Assembly: GCA_964016885.1 (NCBI GenBank)
Contig: OZ024740.1
Coordinates: forward strand, 2,666,001-2,730,000
Direction: 5' to 3'
Length of the DNA: 64,000 nucleotides
Source: Eledone cirrhosa
Taxonomy: Eukaryota
Below are positions 1-14,300 of this stretch, one piece after another (position 1 is the stretch's first letter; each line of letters begins with the position of its first letter). The notes below the pieces were generated by a model that made no database searches, was not told where the DNA came from, and worked only from the letters and a program-made list of their open reading frames with translations. Position numbers and translations under genes: made by a program.

Positions 1-2949
1 TCAACTTTGTCTTCCCCAAAACCTCTTTATTCACCAAGCTATCTTTCTCTAAATTATCCTTCCGCAAAACCTTTTTATTCCCCAAGCTATTTTTCTCTAC
101 CTTGTCTTCCCCCAAAACTTCGGTATTCACCAAGCTATCTTTCTCAACATTGTCTTTCCCCAAAACCTCGTTATTTAACAAGCTATCCTTCTCAAATTTG
201 TGTTCCCCAAAACCTCGTTATTCACCAAGCTATCTTTCTCTACCTTGTCTTCCCCCAAAGCCTCTATATTCACCAAGCTATCTTTATCTACCTTGTCTTC
301 CCCAAAACCTTGTTATTCACCAAGCTATCCTTCTCTAACTTGTCTTCTCCCAAACCTCGTTATTCACGAAGCTATCTTACTCTACCTTGTCCTCCCAAAT
401 CCTCGTTATTCACCAAGCCATCTTTCTTTACCTTGTCTTTCTCCAAAACCTCGTTATTAACCAAGATATCTTTCTCTACCTTGTCTTCCCTAAAACCACG
501 TTATTCTCCAAGCTATCTTTCTCTACCTTGACTTCCGCAAAAGCTCGTTATTCACCAAGCTATCTTTCTCCACCTTGACTTCCCCCAAAACCTCGTTATT
601 AACCAAGCTATCTTTATCTACCTTGTCTTCCCCAAAACCACGTTATTTACTAAGTTATATTTCTCTATCTTGTCTTCCCCCAAACCTTGTTATTCAATAA
701 AATATATTTCTCTACCTTGTCTACCCCCAAATCCTCGTTATTCACCAAGCTATCTTTCTCTACCTTGTCATCCCCCAAAACTGCGTTATTCACCAAGCTA
801 TCTTTCTCAACCTTGTCTCTCCTCAAAACATCGTTATTCACCAAGCTATCCTTCTAAACCTTGTCTTCCCCAAAATCTTGTTATTCATTAAGCTATCTTT
901 CTCTACCTTGTCTTCTCCCAAAACCTCATTATTCACCAAGCTATTTTTTATCTACCTCGTATTCCCCAAAATCTTCGTTATTCACCAAGCCGTATTTCTC
1001 TACCTTGTCTTCCCCGAAAACCTCGTTATTCACCAAGCTATCTTTCTTTACCTTGTCTTTCCCCAACACCTCGTTATTCACCAAGCTAGGTTTCTCTACC
1101 TTGACTTCACCCTATACATCGTTATTCACGAAGCTATCTTTCTCTACCTTGTCTTCCACCAAAACCACGTTATTCACCAAGCTATCTTTCTCAATCTTGT
1201 CTGCCGCAAAAGATTACTCATTAAGCTATCTTTCTCAACCTTATCTTTCCCCAAAACCTCGTTATTCAGCAATTTATCCTTCTCTACCTTGTCTTCCCCA
1301 AAACCTTTTTATTCAACAAGATATATTTCCCTACCTTTTCTTCCCCTAAAACCTCGTCATTCACCAAGCTATGTTTATCTAACTTGTCATCCCCCAAAAC
1401 CTCGTTATTCACCAAGCTATCTTACTCTACCTTGTCTTCCCCAACACATTTTTATTCAACAAGTTATGTTTCTCTACCTTGTCTTCCCCCAAAACCTCGT
1501 TATTCACCAAGCTATCTTACTCTACGTTGTCCCCCCAAATCCTCGTTATTCACCAAGCTATATTCCTCTACCTTATCTTTCCCCAAAACTTCGTTATTAA
1601 CCAAGCTATCTTTCTCAACTTTGACTTCACCCAAAGCCTCGTTATTCACCAAGTTATCTTTCTCTACCTTGTCTTCCCCAAAACCTTGTTATTCAACAAA
1701 ATATATTTCTCTACTTTGTCTTCCCCCAATACTTCGTTAATCACCAAGCTATCTTAAACTACCTTGACTTCTACCAAAACCACGTTATTCACCAAACTAT
1801 CTTTCTCTACCTTGTCTTCCCCAAAATATTGTTATTCACCAAGCCATCTTTCTCTACTGTGTCTTCCCCCAAAACCTCGTTATTCACCAAACTATCTTTC
1901 TCAACATTGTCTTTCCCCAAAACCTCGTTATTCAAGAAGCTATCCTTCTCAACCTTGTCTTCCCCAAAACCTCGTTATTCACCAAGCTATCTTTCTCTAC
2001 CTTCTATTCCCCCAAAACTGCGTCTTCTACAAAGCTATCTATCTCAACCTTGTCCTCCCCCAAAACCTCGTTATTCACCAAGCTATCATATTCAATCTTG
2101 TCTTCCCCAAAACCTTGTTATTTACCAAGCTATCTTTCTCAACCTTGTCTTCCCCAAAACCTCGTTATTCACCAAGCTATCTTTCTCTACCTTGTCTTCA
2201 CCCAAATCTTCGTTATTCACCAAGCCGTATTTCACTACCTTGTCTCCCCCGAAAACCTCATTATTCACTAAGCTATCTTACTCTAGCTTTTCCCCCCAAA
2301 TCCTCGTTATTCACCAAGCCATCTTTCTTTACCTTGTCTTTCACCAAAACCTCGTTATTCACCAAGCTATGTTTCTCTACCTTGTCTTCCCCCTATACAT
2401 CGTAATTCACGAAGCTATCCTTCACTACCTTCTCTTTCCCCAAAGTCTCGTTATTCACCAAGCTATCCTTCTCAACCTTATCTTCCCCAAAACATTGTTA
2501 TTCACCAAGCCATCTATTCTACCTTGTACTCCTCCAAAACCTTGTTATTCACCAAGCTATCTTTCTCAACCTTGACTTCCCCAAAACCTCTTTATTCACC
2601 AAGATATCTTTCTCTACCTTGTCTTTCCCCAAAACAGCGTTATTAACCAAGATATCTTTCTCAACCTTGACTTCACCCAAAACCTCGTTATTCACCAAGT
2701 TATCTTTCTCTACCTTTTCTTCCACAAAACCTTGTTATTCAACAAAATATATTTCTCTACCTTGTCTTCCCACAATACCTCGTTATACACCAAGCTATCT
2801 TAAACTACCTTGTCTTCCACCAAAACCACGTTATTCACCAAGCTATCTTTCTCTACCTTGTCTTCCGCAAAATATTGTTACTCACCAAGCCATCTTTCTC
2901 TACCGTGTCTTCCCCCAAATCCTCGTTATTTAACAAGCTAACTTTCTCA

Positions 2950-3340
2950 AACTTGTGTTCCCCGAAACCTCGTTATTCACCAAGCTATCTTTCTTAACTT
3001 TGTCTTCCCCCAAAACTGCGTTATTCACCAAGCTATCTTTTTCAACCTTGTCCTCCCCCAAAACCTCGTTATTCACCAAGCTATCTTTCTCAATCTTGTC
3101 TTCCACAAAACCTCGTTATTCACCAAGCTATCTTTCTCAACCTTGTCTTCCCCGAAACCTCGTTATTCACCAAGCTATCTTTCTTAACTTTGTCTTCCCC
3201 CAAAACTGCGTTATTCACCAAGCTATCTTTTTCAACCTTGTCCTCCCCCAAAACCTCGTTATTCACCAAGCTAACTTTCTCAATCTTGTCTTCCACAAAA
3301 CCTCGTTATTCACCAAGCTATCTTTCTCTACCTTGTCTTC
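2950..3340. repeat. 190-bp (4-monomer) local tandem duplication in satellite A
   Basis: The string CCCGAAACCTCGTTATTCACCAAGCTATCTTTCTTAACTTTGTCTTCCCCCAAAACTGCG starts at both 2961 and 3151. Confidence 0.85.
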
Positions 3341-6300
3341 CCCCAAAGCCTCGATATTCACCAAGCTATCTTTATGTACCTTTTCTTCCCCAAATCCTTG
3401 TTATTCACCAAGCTATCCTTATCTACCTTGTCTTCTCACAAACTTCGTTATTCACCAAGCTATCTTACTCTACCTTGTCCCCCTAAATCCTCGTTATTCA
3501 CCAAGCCATCTTTCTTTACCTTGTCTTTCTCCAAAACCTCGTTATTAACCAAGATATCTTTCTCTACCTTGTCTTCCCTAAAACCACGTTATTCTCCAAG
3601 CTATCTTTCTCTACCTTGACTTCCGCAAAAGCTCGTTATTCACCAAGCTATCTTTCTCTACCTTGACTTCCCCCAAAACCTCGTTATTAACCAAGCTATC
3701 TTTATCTACCTCGTCTTCCCCAAAACCTTGTTATTCAAGAAAATATATTTCTCTACATTGTCTTCACCCAAAGCCTCGTTATTCACCAAGCTATCTTTCT
3801 CTACCTTGTCCTCCCCCAAAACTGCATTATTCTCAATGCTATCTTTCTCAACTTTGTCTTTCCCCAAAACCTTGTTATTCACCAAGCCATCCTTCTCAAC
3901 CTTGCCTTCCCCAAAACATTGTTATTCACCAAGCTATCTTTTCTACCTTGTCCTCCACAAAACTTCGTTATTCGCCAAGCTATATTTCTCAACCTAGTCT
4001 TCCCCAAAACCTCATTATTCACCAAGCTATCTTTCTCTACCTTGTCCTTCCGCAAAACCTCGTTATTCACCAAGCTATCTTTCTCAAATTTGTCTTTCCC
4101 CAAAACATCGTTATTTACCAAGCTATCTTCTCAACCATGTCTTCCCAAAAACCTCGTTATTCAACAAGCTACCTTTCTTTACCTTGTCCCGCCAAAACCT
4201 CCTTATTCACCAAGTCATCTTTCTTTAACTAGTTATTTCCCCACAACCTCGTTATTCACCAAGCTATGTTTCTCTACCCTGTCTTCTCCCAAAACCTCAT
4301 TATTCACCAAGCTATTTTTTATCTACCTTGCCTTCCCACAAATCTTCGTTATTCACCAAGCCGTATTTCTCTACCTTGTCGCCCCCCAAATCCTCTTTAT
4401 TTACCAAGCCATCTTTCTTTACCTTGTCTTTCCCCAAAACCTCGTTATTCACCAAGCTATGTTTCTCTACCTTGTCTTCCCCCTATACATGGTTATTCAC
4501 GAAGCTATCCTTCTCTACCTTGTCTTCCACCAAAACCACGTTCTTCACCATGCTATCTTTCTCAACCTTCTCTTTCCCCAAAACCTCGTTATTCACCAAG
4601 CTATCCTTCTCAACCTTATCTTCCCCAAAACATTGTTATTCACCAAGCTATCTATTCTACCTTGTCCTCCTCCAAAACCTTGTTATTCACAAAGCTATCT
4701 TTCTCAACCTTGTCTTCCCCAAAACCTCTTTATTCACCAAGCTATCTTTCTCTAAATTGTCCTTCCGCAAAACCTCTTTATTCCCCAAGCTATCTTCTCA
4801 ATCTTGTCTTCCCCAAAACCTCGTTATTCAACAATCTACCTTTCTCTACCTTGTCCCCCCAAAACCTCCTTATTCACCAAGCTATCTTTCTCTACCTTGT
4901 AATCCCCCAAAACCTCGTTATTCACCAAGCTATCTTTCTCTACCTTGTCTTCCGCAAAAGATCGTTATTCACCAAGCTATCTTACTCTACCTTGTCTTCC
5001 GCAAAAGATCGTTATTCACCAAGCTATCTTTCTCTACCTTGTCTTCTCCCAAAACCACGTTATTCACCAAGCTATCTTTCTCTACCTTGTCTTCCGCAAA
5101 AGATCGTTATTCACCAAGCTTTCTTTCTCTACTTTGTCCTTCCGCAAAAGATCGTTATTCACCAAGCTATCTTTCTCTACTTTGTCCTTCCGCAAAAGAT
5201 CGTTATTCACCAAGCTATCTTTCTCAATCTTGTCTGCCGCAAAAGATTATTCATCAAGCTAACTTTCTCAACCTTGTCTTTCCCCAAAACCTCGTTATTC
5301 ACCAATTTATCTTTCTCTACCTTGTCTTCCCCAACAGCTTGTTTTTCAACAAGTTGTGTTTCTCTACCTTGTCTTCCCCGAAAACCTCGTTATTCACCAA
5401 GTCATCTTACTCTACGTAGTCCTCCCAAATCCTCGTTATTCACCAAGCTATCTTTCTCTAACTTATCTTTCCCAAAACTTCGTTATTCACCAAGCTATCT
5501 TTGTCAACTTTGACTTCACCCAAAGCCTCGTTATTCACCAAGTTATCTTTCTCTACCTTGTCTTCCCCAAAACCTTGTTATTCAACAAAATATATTTCTC
5601 TACCTTGTCTTCCCCCAATATCTTGTTATTCACCAAGCTATCTTAAACTACCTTGTCTTCCACCAAAACCACGTTATTCACCAAACTATCTTTCTCTACC
5701 TTGTCTTCCGCAAAATATTGTTATTCACCAAGCCATCTTTCTCTACCGTGTCTTCACCAAAACCTCGTTATTCACCAAGCTATCTTTCTCAACATTGTCT
5801 TTCCCCAAAACCTCTTTATTCAACAAGATATCTTTCTCTACCTTATCTTCCACCAAAACCACGTTATTCACCATGCTATCTTTCTCAACCTTGTCATTCC
5901 CCAAAACCTCGTTATTCAACAAGCTATCTTTCTCAACCTTGTCCTCCCCCAAATCCTCGTTATTCACCAAGGTATCTTTCTCAATCTTGTCTTCCCCAAA
6001 ACCTCGTTATTCACCAAGCTATCTTTCTCAATCTTGTCTTCCCCAAAACCTCGTTATTCACCAAGCTATCTTTCTCTACCTTGTCTTCCCCCAAAACCTG
6101 GTTATTCACCAAGCTATCTTTATCTACCTTGTCTTCCCCAAAATCACGTTATTCACCAAGCTATCTTACTTTACATTCTCTTCCCCCAAATCCTCGTTAT
6201 TCACCAAGCTATCTTTCTCAACTTGGCCTTTCCCCAAAACATCGTTATTCACCAAGCTATCCTTTTCTACCTTTCCTTCCACCAAAATATCGAAATTCAC

Positions 6301-7039
6301 CAAGCTATGGTTCTCTACCTTGTTATCCCACAAAACCTTGTTATTCAACAAGCTATCTTTTTCACCAAGACATCTTTCTTTAACTCGTCATTCCCCAACA
6401 CCTCGTTATTCACAAAGCTTTCTTTATCTACCCTGTCTTCCCCAAAACCTCTATATTCACCAAGCTATCTGTCGCTACCTTGCCCTTCCGCAAAACCTCT
6501 TTATTCCCCAAGCTATCTTTCTCTACCTTGTCGTCCCCCAAAACTTCGTTATTCACCAAGCTATCTTCTCAACCTTGTCTTCCCCAAAACCTCGTTTTTC
6601 AACAAGCTACCTTTCTCTACCTTGTCACCCCAAAACCTCCTTATTCACCAAGCTATCTTTCTCTACGTTGTCATACCCCAAAACCTCGTTATTCACCAAG
6701 CCATCTTTCTCTACCTTGTCTTTCCACAAAAACCACGTTATTCACCAAGCTATCTTTCTCTACCTTGTCTTCCGCAAAAGATCGATATTCACCAAGCTAT
6801 CTTTCTCTAACTTGTCTTCTCCCAAAACCCCGTTATTCACCAAGCTATCTTTCTCTACCTTGTCTTCCGCAAAAGATCGTTATTCACCAAGCTATCTTTC
6901 TCTACCTTGTCTTCCGCAAAAGATCGTTATTCACCAAGCTATCTTTCTCAACCGTGTCATTCCCCAAAACCTCGTTATTCAACAAGCTATCCTTCTCAAA
7001 CTTGTGTTCCCCAAAACCTCGTTATTCACCAAGTTATCT

Positions 7040-7800
7040 TTCTCTACCTTGTCTTCCCCCAAAACTGCGTTATTCACCAAGCTATTCTCAAAATTGTCTT
7101 CCCCCAAAACCTCGTTATTCACCAATTTATATTTCTCTACCCTTTTCTTCCGCTATAACCTCGTTATTCACCAAGCTATGTATCTCTACCTTGTCATCCC
7201 CCAAAACCTCGTTATTCACCAACCTATCTTTCTCTACCTTGTCTCACCCCAATACCTCGTTATTCACCAAGCTATCTTTCTCTACCTTGACTTCCCCCAA
7301 AACATCGTTATTCACCAAGCTATCTTTGTCTACCATGACTTCCCCCAAAACCTCGTTATTCACCAAGTTATCTTTCTCTAACTTGTATTCCCCATAACCT
7401 CGTTATTCACCAAGCTATCTTTCTCTACCTTGTCTTCACCCAAAACTGCGTTATTCACCAAGCTATTCTCAAAATTGTCTTCCCCAAAACCTCGTTATTC
7501 ACCAATTTATATTTCTCTACCCTTTTCTTCCGCTATAACCTCGTTATTCACCAAGCTATGTATCTCTACCTTGTCATCCCCCAAAACCTCGTTATTCACC
7601 AACCTATCTTTCTCTACCTTGTCTCACCCCAATACCTCGTTATTCACCAAGCTATCTTTCTCTACCTTGACTTCTCCCAAAACATCGTTATTCACCAAGC
7701 TCTCTTTGTCTACCATGACTTCCCCCAAAACCTCGTTATTCACCAAGTTATCTTTCTCTAACTTGTATTCCCCATAACCTCGGTATTCACCCAGTTATCT
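7040..7800. repeat. 380/381-bp (8-monomer) local tandem duplication in satellite A
   Basis: A rare 3-bp-deleted monomer (GCTATTCTCAAAATTG) occurs at 7081 and 7462. CCGCTATAACC and TCTCACCCCAATACC variants repeat at about the same offset. Confidence 0.88.
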
Positions 7801-10169
7801 TTCTCTAACTTGAATTCCCCATAACCTCGTTATTCACCAAGCTATCTTAGTCTACGTTGACCCCCCAAAACCTCGTTTTTCACCAAGCCATCTTTCTTTA
7901 ACTCGTCTTTCCCCAACATCTCGTTATTCACCAAGCTATCTTTATCTACCCTGTCTTCTCCAAAAACCTCATTATTCACCAAGCGATCTTTCTCTACCTT
8001 TTCTACCACCAAAATCTCGGTATTCACGAAGATATCTTTCTGTACTTTGATTTCCCCAAAACCTCGTTATTCACCAAGCTATCCTTCTCTACCTTGCTTC
8101 CCCCAAAACCTCATTATTCACCAAGCTATCTTTCTCTACCTTAACGTCCCCAAACCTCGTTATTCACCAAGCTATCTTTCTCTACCTTGCCGTCCCCCAA
8201 AACCTTGTTATTCACCAGGCTTTCTTTCTCTACCTTTTATTCCCCCCAAATCTCGTTATTCACCAAGCTATCTTTCTTTAACTTGTCTTACCCAAAATTT
8301 CGTTATTCACCAAGCTATCTTTCTCCACCATGACTTCCGCCAAAACCTCGTTATTCACCAAGTTATCTTTCTCTAACTTGTATTCCCCAACACATCGATG
8401 TTCACCAAGCTCACTTTAGCTACCCTGTCTTCTCCCAAAACCTAATTATTCACCAAGCTATCTTTCTCAACCTTGTCATTCCCCAAAACCTCGTTAATCA
8501 CCAAGCTATCTTTATCTACCTTTTCTACCATCAAAATCTCGGTATTCACCAAGCTATCTTTCTGTACCTTGATTTCCGCAAAACCTCGGTATTCACCAAA
8601 CTATCTTTCTCTACCTTCTCTTCCCCAATAACCTCGTTATTCACCAAGCTATCTTTCTCTATCTCATCGTCCCCCAGACCTCGTTATTCACCAAGCTATC
8701 TTTCTCTACCTTTCCCTCCCCCAATAACTTGTTATTCACCAGGCTTTCTTTCTCTACATTTTATTCCCCCAAAATCTCGTTATTCTCCAAGCTATCTTTC
8801 TTTAACTTGTCTAAACCCCAAATTTCGTTATTCACCAAGCTATCTTACTCTAGCTTGTCTTCCCCCAAAATCTCGGTATTCACCAAGCTATCTTTCTCTA
8901 CCATGACTTCCGCCAAAACCTCGTTATTCACCAAGCTATCTTTCTCTAACTTGTATTCCCCATAACCTCGTTACTCACCAGGCTATCTTTCTCTAGCTTG
9001 AATTCCCCCAAAACTCCGTTATTCACCAAGCTATCTTACTATACGTTGTCCCCCCAAAACCTCGTTTTTCACCGAACCATCTTTCTTTAACTCGTCTTTC
9101 CCCAACACCTCGTTATTCACCAAGCTATCTTTATCTACACTGTCTTCTCCCAAAACCTCATTATTCACCAAGCTATCTTTCTCTACCTTACCTTCCCCCA
9201 AAACCTTGTTATTCACCAGGCTTTCTTTCTCTACCTTTTATTCCCCCCAAAATCTCGTTATTCACCAAGCTATCTTTCTTTAACTTGTCTTACCCCAAAT
9301 TTCGTTATTTACCAAGATATCTTTCTCTAGCTTGTCTTCCCCCAAAATCTCGGTATTCACCAAGTTATCTTTCTCTACCATGACTTCCGCCAACACCTCG
9401 TTATTCACCAAGCTATCTTTATCTACCCTGTCTTTCCCTAAAACATCGTTATTCACCAAGCTATCCTTCTCTAACTTGTCTTCCCCCAAAACCTCGTTAT
9501 TCACCAATCTATCTTTCTCTACCTTGTCTCCCCCCAAATCCTCGTTAATCACCAATCTATCTTTCTCTACCTTTTCTACCACCAACATCTCGGTATTCAC
9601 CAAGTTATCTTTCTGTACCTTGATTTCCCCAAAACCTCGTTATTCACCAAGCTATCCTTCTCTACCTTGCTTCCCCCAAAACCTCATTATTCACCAAGCT
9701 ATCTTTCTCTACCTTGCCTTCCTCCAAACCTTGTTATTCACCAGGCTTTCTTTCTCTACCTTTTATTCCCCCAAAATCTCGTTATTCACCAAGCTATCTT
9801 TCTTTAACTTGTCTTACCCCAAATTTCGTTATTCACCAAGCTATCTTTCTCTAGCTTGTCTTCCCCCAAAATCTCGGTATTCACTAAGCTATCTTTCTCT
9901 ACCATGACTTCCGCCACAACCTCGTTATTCACCAAGTTATCTTTCTCTAAATTGTATTCCTCATAACCTCGTTATTCACCAAGTTATCTTTTATAACCTT
10001 GTCTTCCCTCAAAACATCGTTGTTCACCAAGCTATTTTTCCCTACCTTGTCTTCCCACATAACCTCGGTATTCAACAAGCTATCTTTCCCTACCTTGAAT
10101 TCCCCCAAAACATCGTTATTAACCAAGCTATCTTACTCTCCCTTGTCCCCACAAAACCTCGTTATTCAG

Positions 10170-10800
10170 TAAGCCATCTTTCTTTAACTCATCTTTCCCC
10201 AACACATCGATATTCACCAAGCTATCTTTATCTACCCTGTCTTCCCCCAAAACCTAATTATTCACCAAGCTATCTTTGTCTACCTTGTCTTCCCCCAAAA
10301 GCTCGTTAATCACCAAGCTATCTTTCTCTACCTTTTCTACCCCCAAAATCTCGGTATTCACCAAGCCATCTTTCTGTACCTTGATTTCCCCAAAACCTCG
10401 GTATTCACCAAGCTATCGTTCTCTACCTTGTCTTCCTCAATAACCTCGTTATTCACCAAGTTATCTTTCTCTACCTTTACTTCCCCGAAAACATCGTTAT
10501 TCACCAAGCCATCTTTCTTTAACTCATCTTTCCCCAACACCTCGATATTCACCAAGCTATCTTTTTCTACCCTGTCTTCTCCCAAAACCTAATTATTCAC
10601 CAAGCTATCTTTGTCTACCTTGTCTTCCCACAAAAGCTCGTTAATCACCAAGCTATCTTTCTCTACCTTTTCTACCCCCAAAATCTCGGTATTCACCAAG
10701 CTATCTTTCTGTACCTTGATTTCCCCAAAACCTCGGTATTCACCAAGCTATCGTTCTCTACCTTGTCTTCCTCAATAACCTCGTTATTCACCAAGTTATC
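10170..10800. repeat. 335-bp (7-monomer) local duplication in satellite A
   Basis: GCTATCGTTCTCTACCTTGTCTTCCTCAATAACC at 10412 and 10747. Matching minus-strand ORF ends at 10358 and 10693. Confidence 0.8.
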
Positions 10801-11329
10801 TTTCTCTACCATGACTTCCCCGAAAACATCGTTATTCACCAAGCTATCTTTCTTTAATTCGTCTTTCCCCAACACCTCGTTATTCAGCAAGTTATCTTTA
10901 TCTACCCTGTCTTTCCCCAAAACATCGTTATTCACCAAGCTATCCTTCTCTAACTTGTCTTCCCCAAAACCTCGTTAGTCACCAAGCTATCTTACCCTCC
11001 CTTGTACCCCCAAAACCTCGTTATTCACCAAGCCATCTTTCTTTAACTTGTCTTTCCCCAACACCTCGTTATTCACCTAGCTATCTTTCTTTAACTTGTC
11101 TTACCCCAAATTTCGTTATTCACCAAGCTATCTTTCTCTACCATGACTTCCGCAAAAACCTTGTTATTCACCAAGTTATCTTTCTCTACCTTGTCTTCTC
11201 CCAAAAGATCGTTGTTCACCAAGCTATTTTTCCCTACCTTGTCTTCCACCAAAAAATGCGTTATTCACCAAGCTATCTTACTCTCCCTTGTCCCCTAAAA
11301 CCTCGTTATTCAGTAAGCCATCTCCCTTT

Positions 11330-14300
11330 AACTCGTCTTTCCCCAACACCTCGTTATTCACCAAGCTATCTTTATCGACCCTGTCTTCTCCCAAAACCTC
11401 ATTATACACCAAGTTATGTTTCCCTACCTTGTCTTCCCCCAAAACATCGTTAATCCCCAAGCTATCTTTCTCTACCTTTTCTACCCCCAAAATATCGGTA
11501 TTCACCAAGCTATCTTTCTGTACCTTGATTTCCCCAAAACCTCCGTATTCACCAAGCTATCTTTCTCTACCTTGTCTTCCCCAATAACCTCGTTATTCAC
11601 CAAGCTATCTTTCTCTACCTTTACTTCCCCGAAAACATCGTTATTCACCAAGCCATCTTTTTCTACCATGACTTCCACCAAAACCTCGTTATTCACCAAG
11701 TTAACTTTCTGTAACTTGTATTCCCCATAACCTCGTTATTCACCAAGCTATCTTTCTCTACCTTGAATTCCCCCAAAACCTCGTTATTTACCAAGCCATC
11801 TTTCATTAACTCGTCTTTCCCCGACACCTCGTTATTCACCAAGCTATCTTTATCTATCCTGTCTTCTCCCAAAACCACATTATACACCAAGCTATCTTTC
11901 TCTACCTTGTCTTCCCCCAAAACCTAATTATTCACCAAGCTATCCTTCTCTACCTTACTTCCTCCAAAACCTTATTATTCACCAAGCTATATTTCTTTAC
12001 CTTATCGTCCCCCAAATTTCGTTATTCACCAAGGTATCTTTCTCTAGATTGTCTTCCCCCAAAATCTCGGTATTCACCAAGCTATCTTTCTCTACCTTGT
12101 CTTCCCCCAAATCCTCGTTAATCACCAATCTATCTTCCTCTACCTTTTCTACCACCAATATCTCGGTATTCACCAAGCTATCCTTCTCTACCTTGCTTCC
12201 CCCAAAACCTCATTATTCACCAAGCTATCTTTCTCTTCCTTATCGTCCCCCAAACCTCGTTATTCACCAAGCTATCTTTCTCTACCTTGTCTTCCCCCAA
12301 ACCTTGTTATTCACCAGGCATTCTTTCTCTACCTTTTATTCCCCCAAAATCTCGTTATTCACCAAGCTATCTTTCTTTAACTTGTCTAAACCCCAAATTT
12401 CGTTATTCACCAAGCTATATTTCTCTAGCTTGTCTTCCCCCAAAATCTCGGTATTCACCAAGCTATCTTTCTCTACCATGACTTCCGCCAAAACCTTGTT
12501 ATTCACCAAGTTATCTTTCTCTAACTTGTATTCCCCATAACCTCGTTATTCACCAAGTTATCTTTTATAACCTTGTCTTCCCTCAAAACATCGTTGTTCA
12601 CCAAGCTATTTTTCACTACCTTGTCTTCCCACATAACCTCGTTATTCAACAAGCTATCTTTCCCTACCTTGAATTCCCCCAAAACATCGTTATTCACCAA
12701 GCTATCTTACTCTCCCTTGTCCCCACAAAACCTCGTTATTCAGTAAGCCATCTTTCTTTAACTCATCTTTCCCCGACACCTCAATATTGACCAAGCTATC
12801 TTTTTCTACCCTGTCTTCTCCCAAAACCTAATTATTCACCAAACTATCTTTGTCTACCTTGTCTTCCCCCAAAAGCTCGTTAATCCCCAAGCTATCTTTC
12901 TCTACCTTTACTTCCCCGAAAACATCGTTATTCACCAAGCCATCTTTTTCTACCATGACTTCCACCAAAACCTCGTTATTCACCAAGTTAACTTTCTGTA
13001 ACTTGTATTCCCCATAACCTCGTTATTCACCAAGCTATCTTTCTCTACCTTGAATTCCCCCAAAACCTCGTTATTTACCAAGCCATCTTTCATTAACTCG
13101 TCTTTCCCCGACACCTCGTTATTCACCAAGCTATCTTTATCTATCCTGTCTTCTCCCAAAACCACATTATACACCAAGCTATCTTTCTCTACCTTGTCTT
13201 CCCCCAAAACCTAATTATTCACCAAGCTATCCTTCTCTACCTTACTTCCTCCAAAACCTTATTATTCACCAAGCTATATTTCTTTACCTTATCGTCCCCC
13301 AAATTTCGTTATTCACCAAGGTATCTTTCTCTAGATTGTCTTCCCCCAAAATCTCGGTATTCACCAAGCTATCTTTCTCTACCTTGTCTTCCCCCAAATC
13401 CTCGTTAATCACCAATCTATCTTCCTCTACCTTTTCTACCACCAATATCTCGGTATTCACCAAGCTATCCTTCTCTACCTTGCTTCCCCCAAAACCTCAT
13501 TATTCACCAAGCTATCTTTCTCTTCCTTATCGTCCCCCAAACCTCGTTATTCACCAAGCTATCTTTCTCTACCTTGCCTTCCCCCAAACCTTGTTATTCA
13601 CCAGGCATTCTTTCTCTACCTTTTATTCCCCCAAAATCTCGTTATTCACCAAGCTATCTTTCTTTAACTTCTCTAAACCCCAAATTTCGTTATTCACGAA
13701 GCTATATTTCTCTAGCTTGTCTTCCCCCAAAATCTCGGTATTCACCAAGCTATCTTTCTCTACCATGACTTCCGCCAAAACCTTGTTATTCACCAAGTTA
13801 TCTTTCTCTAACTTGTATTCCCCATAACCTCGTTATTCACCAAGTTATCTTTTATAACCTTGTCTTCCCTCAAAACATCGTTGTTCACCAAGCTATTTTT
13901 CACTACCTTGTCTTCCCACATAACCTCGTTATTCAACAAGCTATCTTTCCCTACCTTGAATTCCCCCAAAACATCGTTATTCACCAAGCTATCTTACTCT
14001 CCCTTGTCCCCACAAAACCTCGTTATTCAGTAAGCCATCTTTCTTTAACTCATCTTTCCCCGACACCTCAATATTGACCAAGCTATCTTTTTCTACCCTG
14101 TCTTCTCCCAAAACCTAATTATTCACCAAACTATCTTTGTCTACCTTGTCTTCCCCCAAAAGCTCGTTAATCCCCAAGCTATCTTTCTCTACCTTTCCTA
14201 CCGCCAAAATCTCGGTTTTCACCAAGCTATCTTTCTGTACCTTGATTTCCCCAAAACCTCGGTATTCACCAAGCTATCGTTCTCTACCTTTTCTTCCCCA

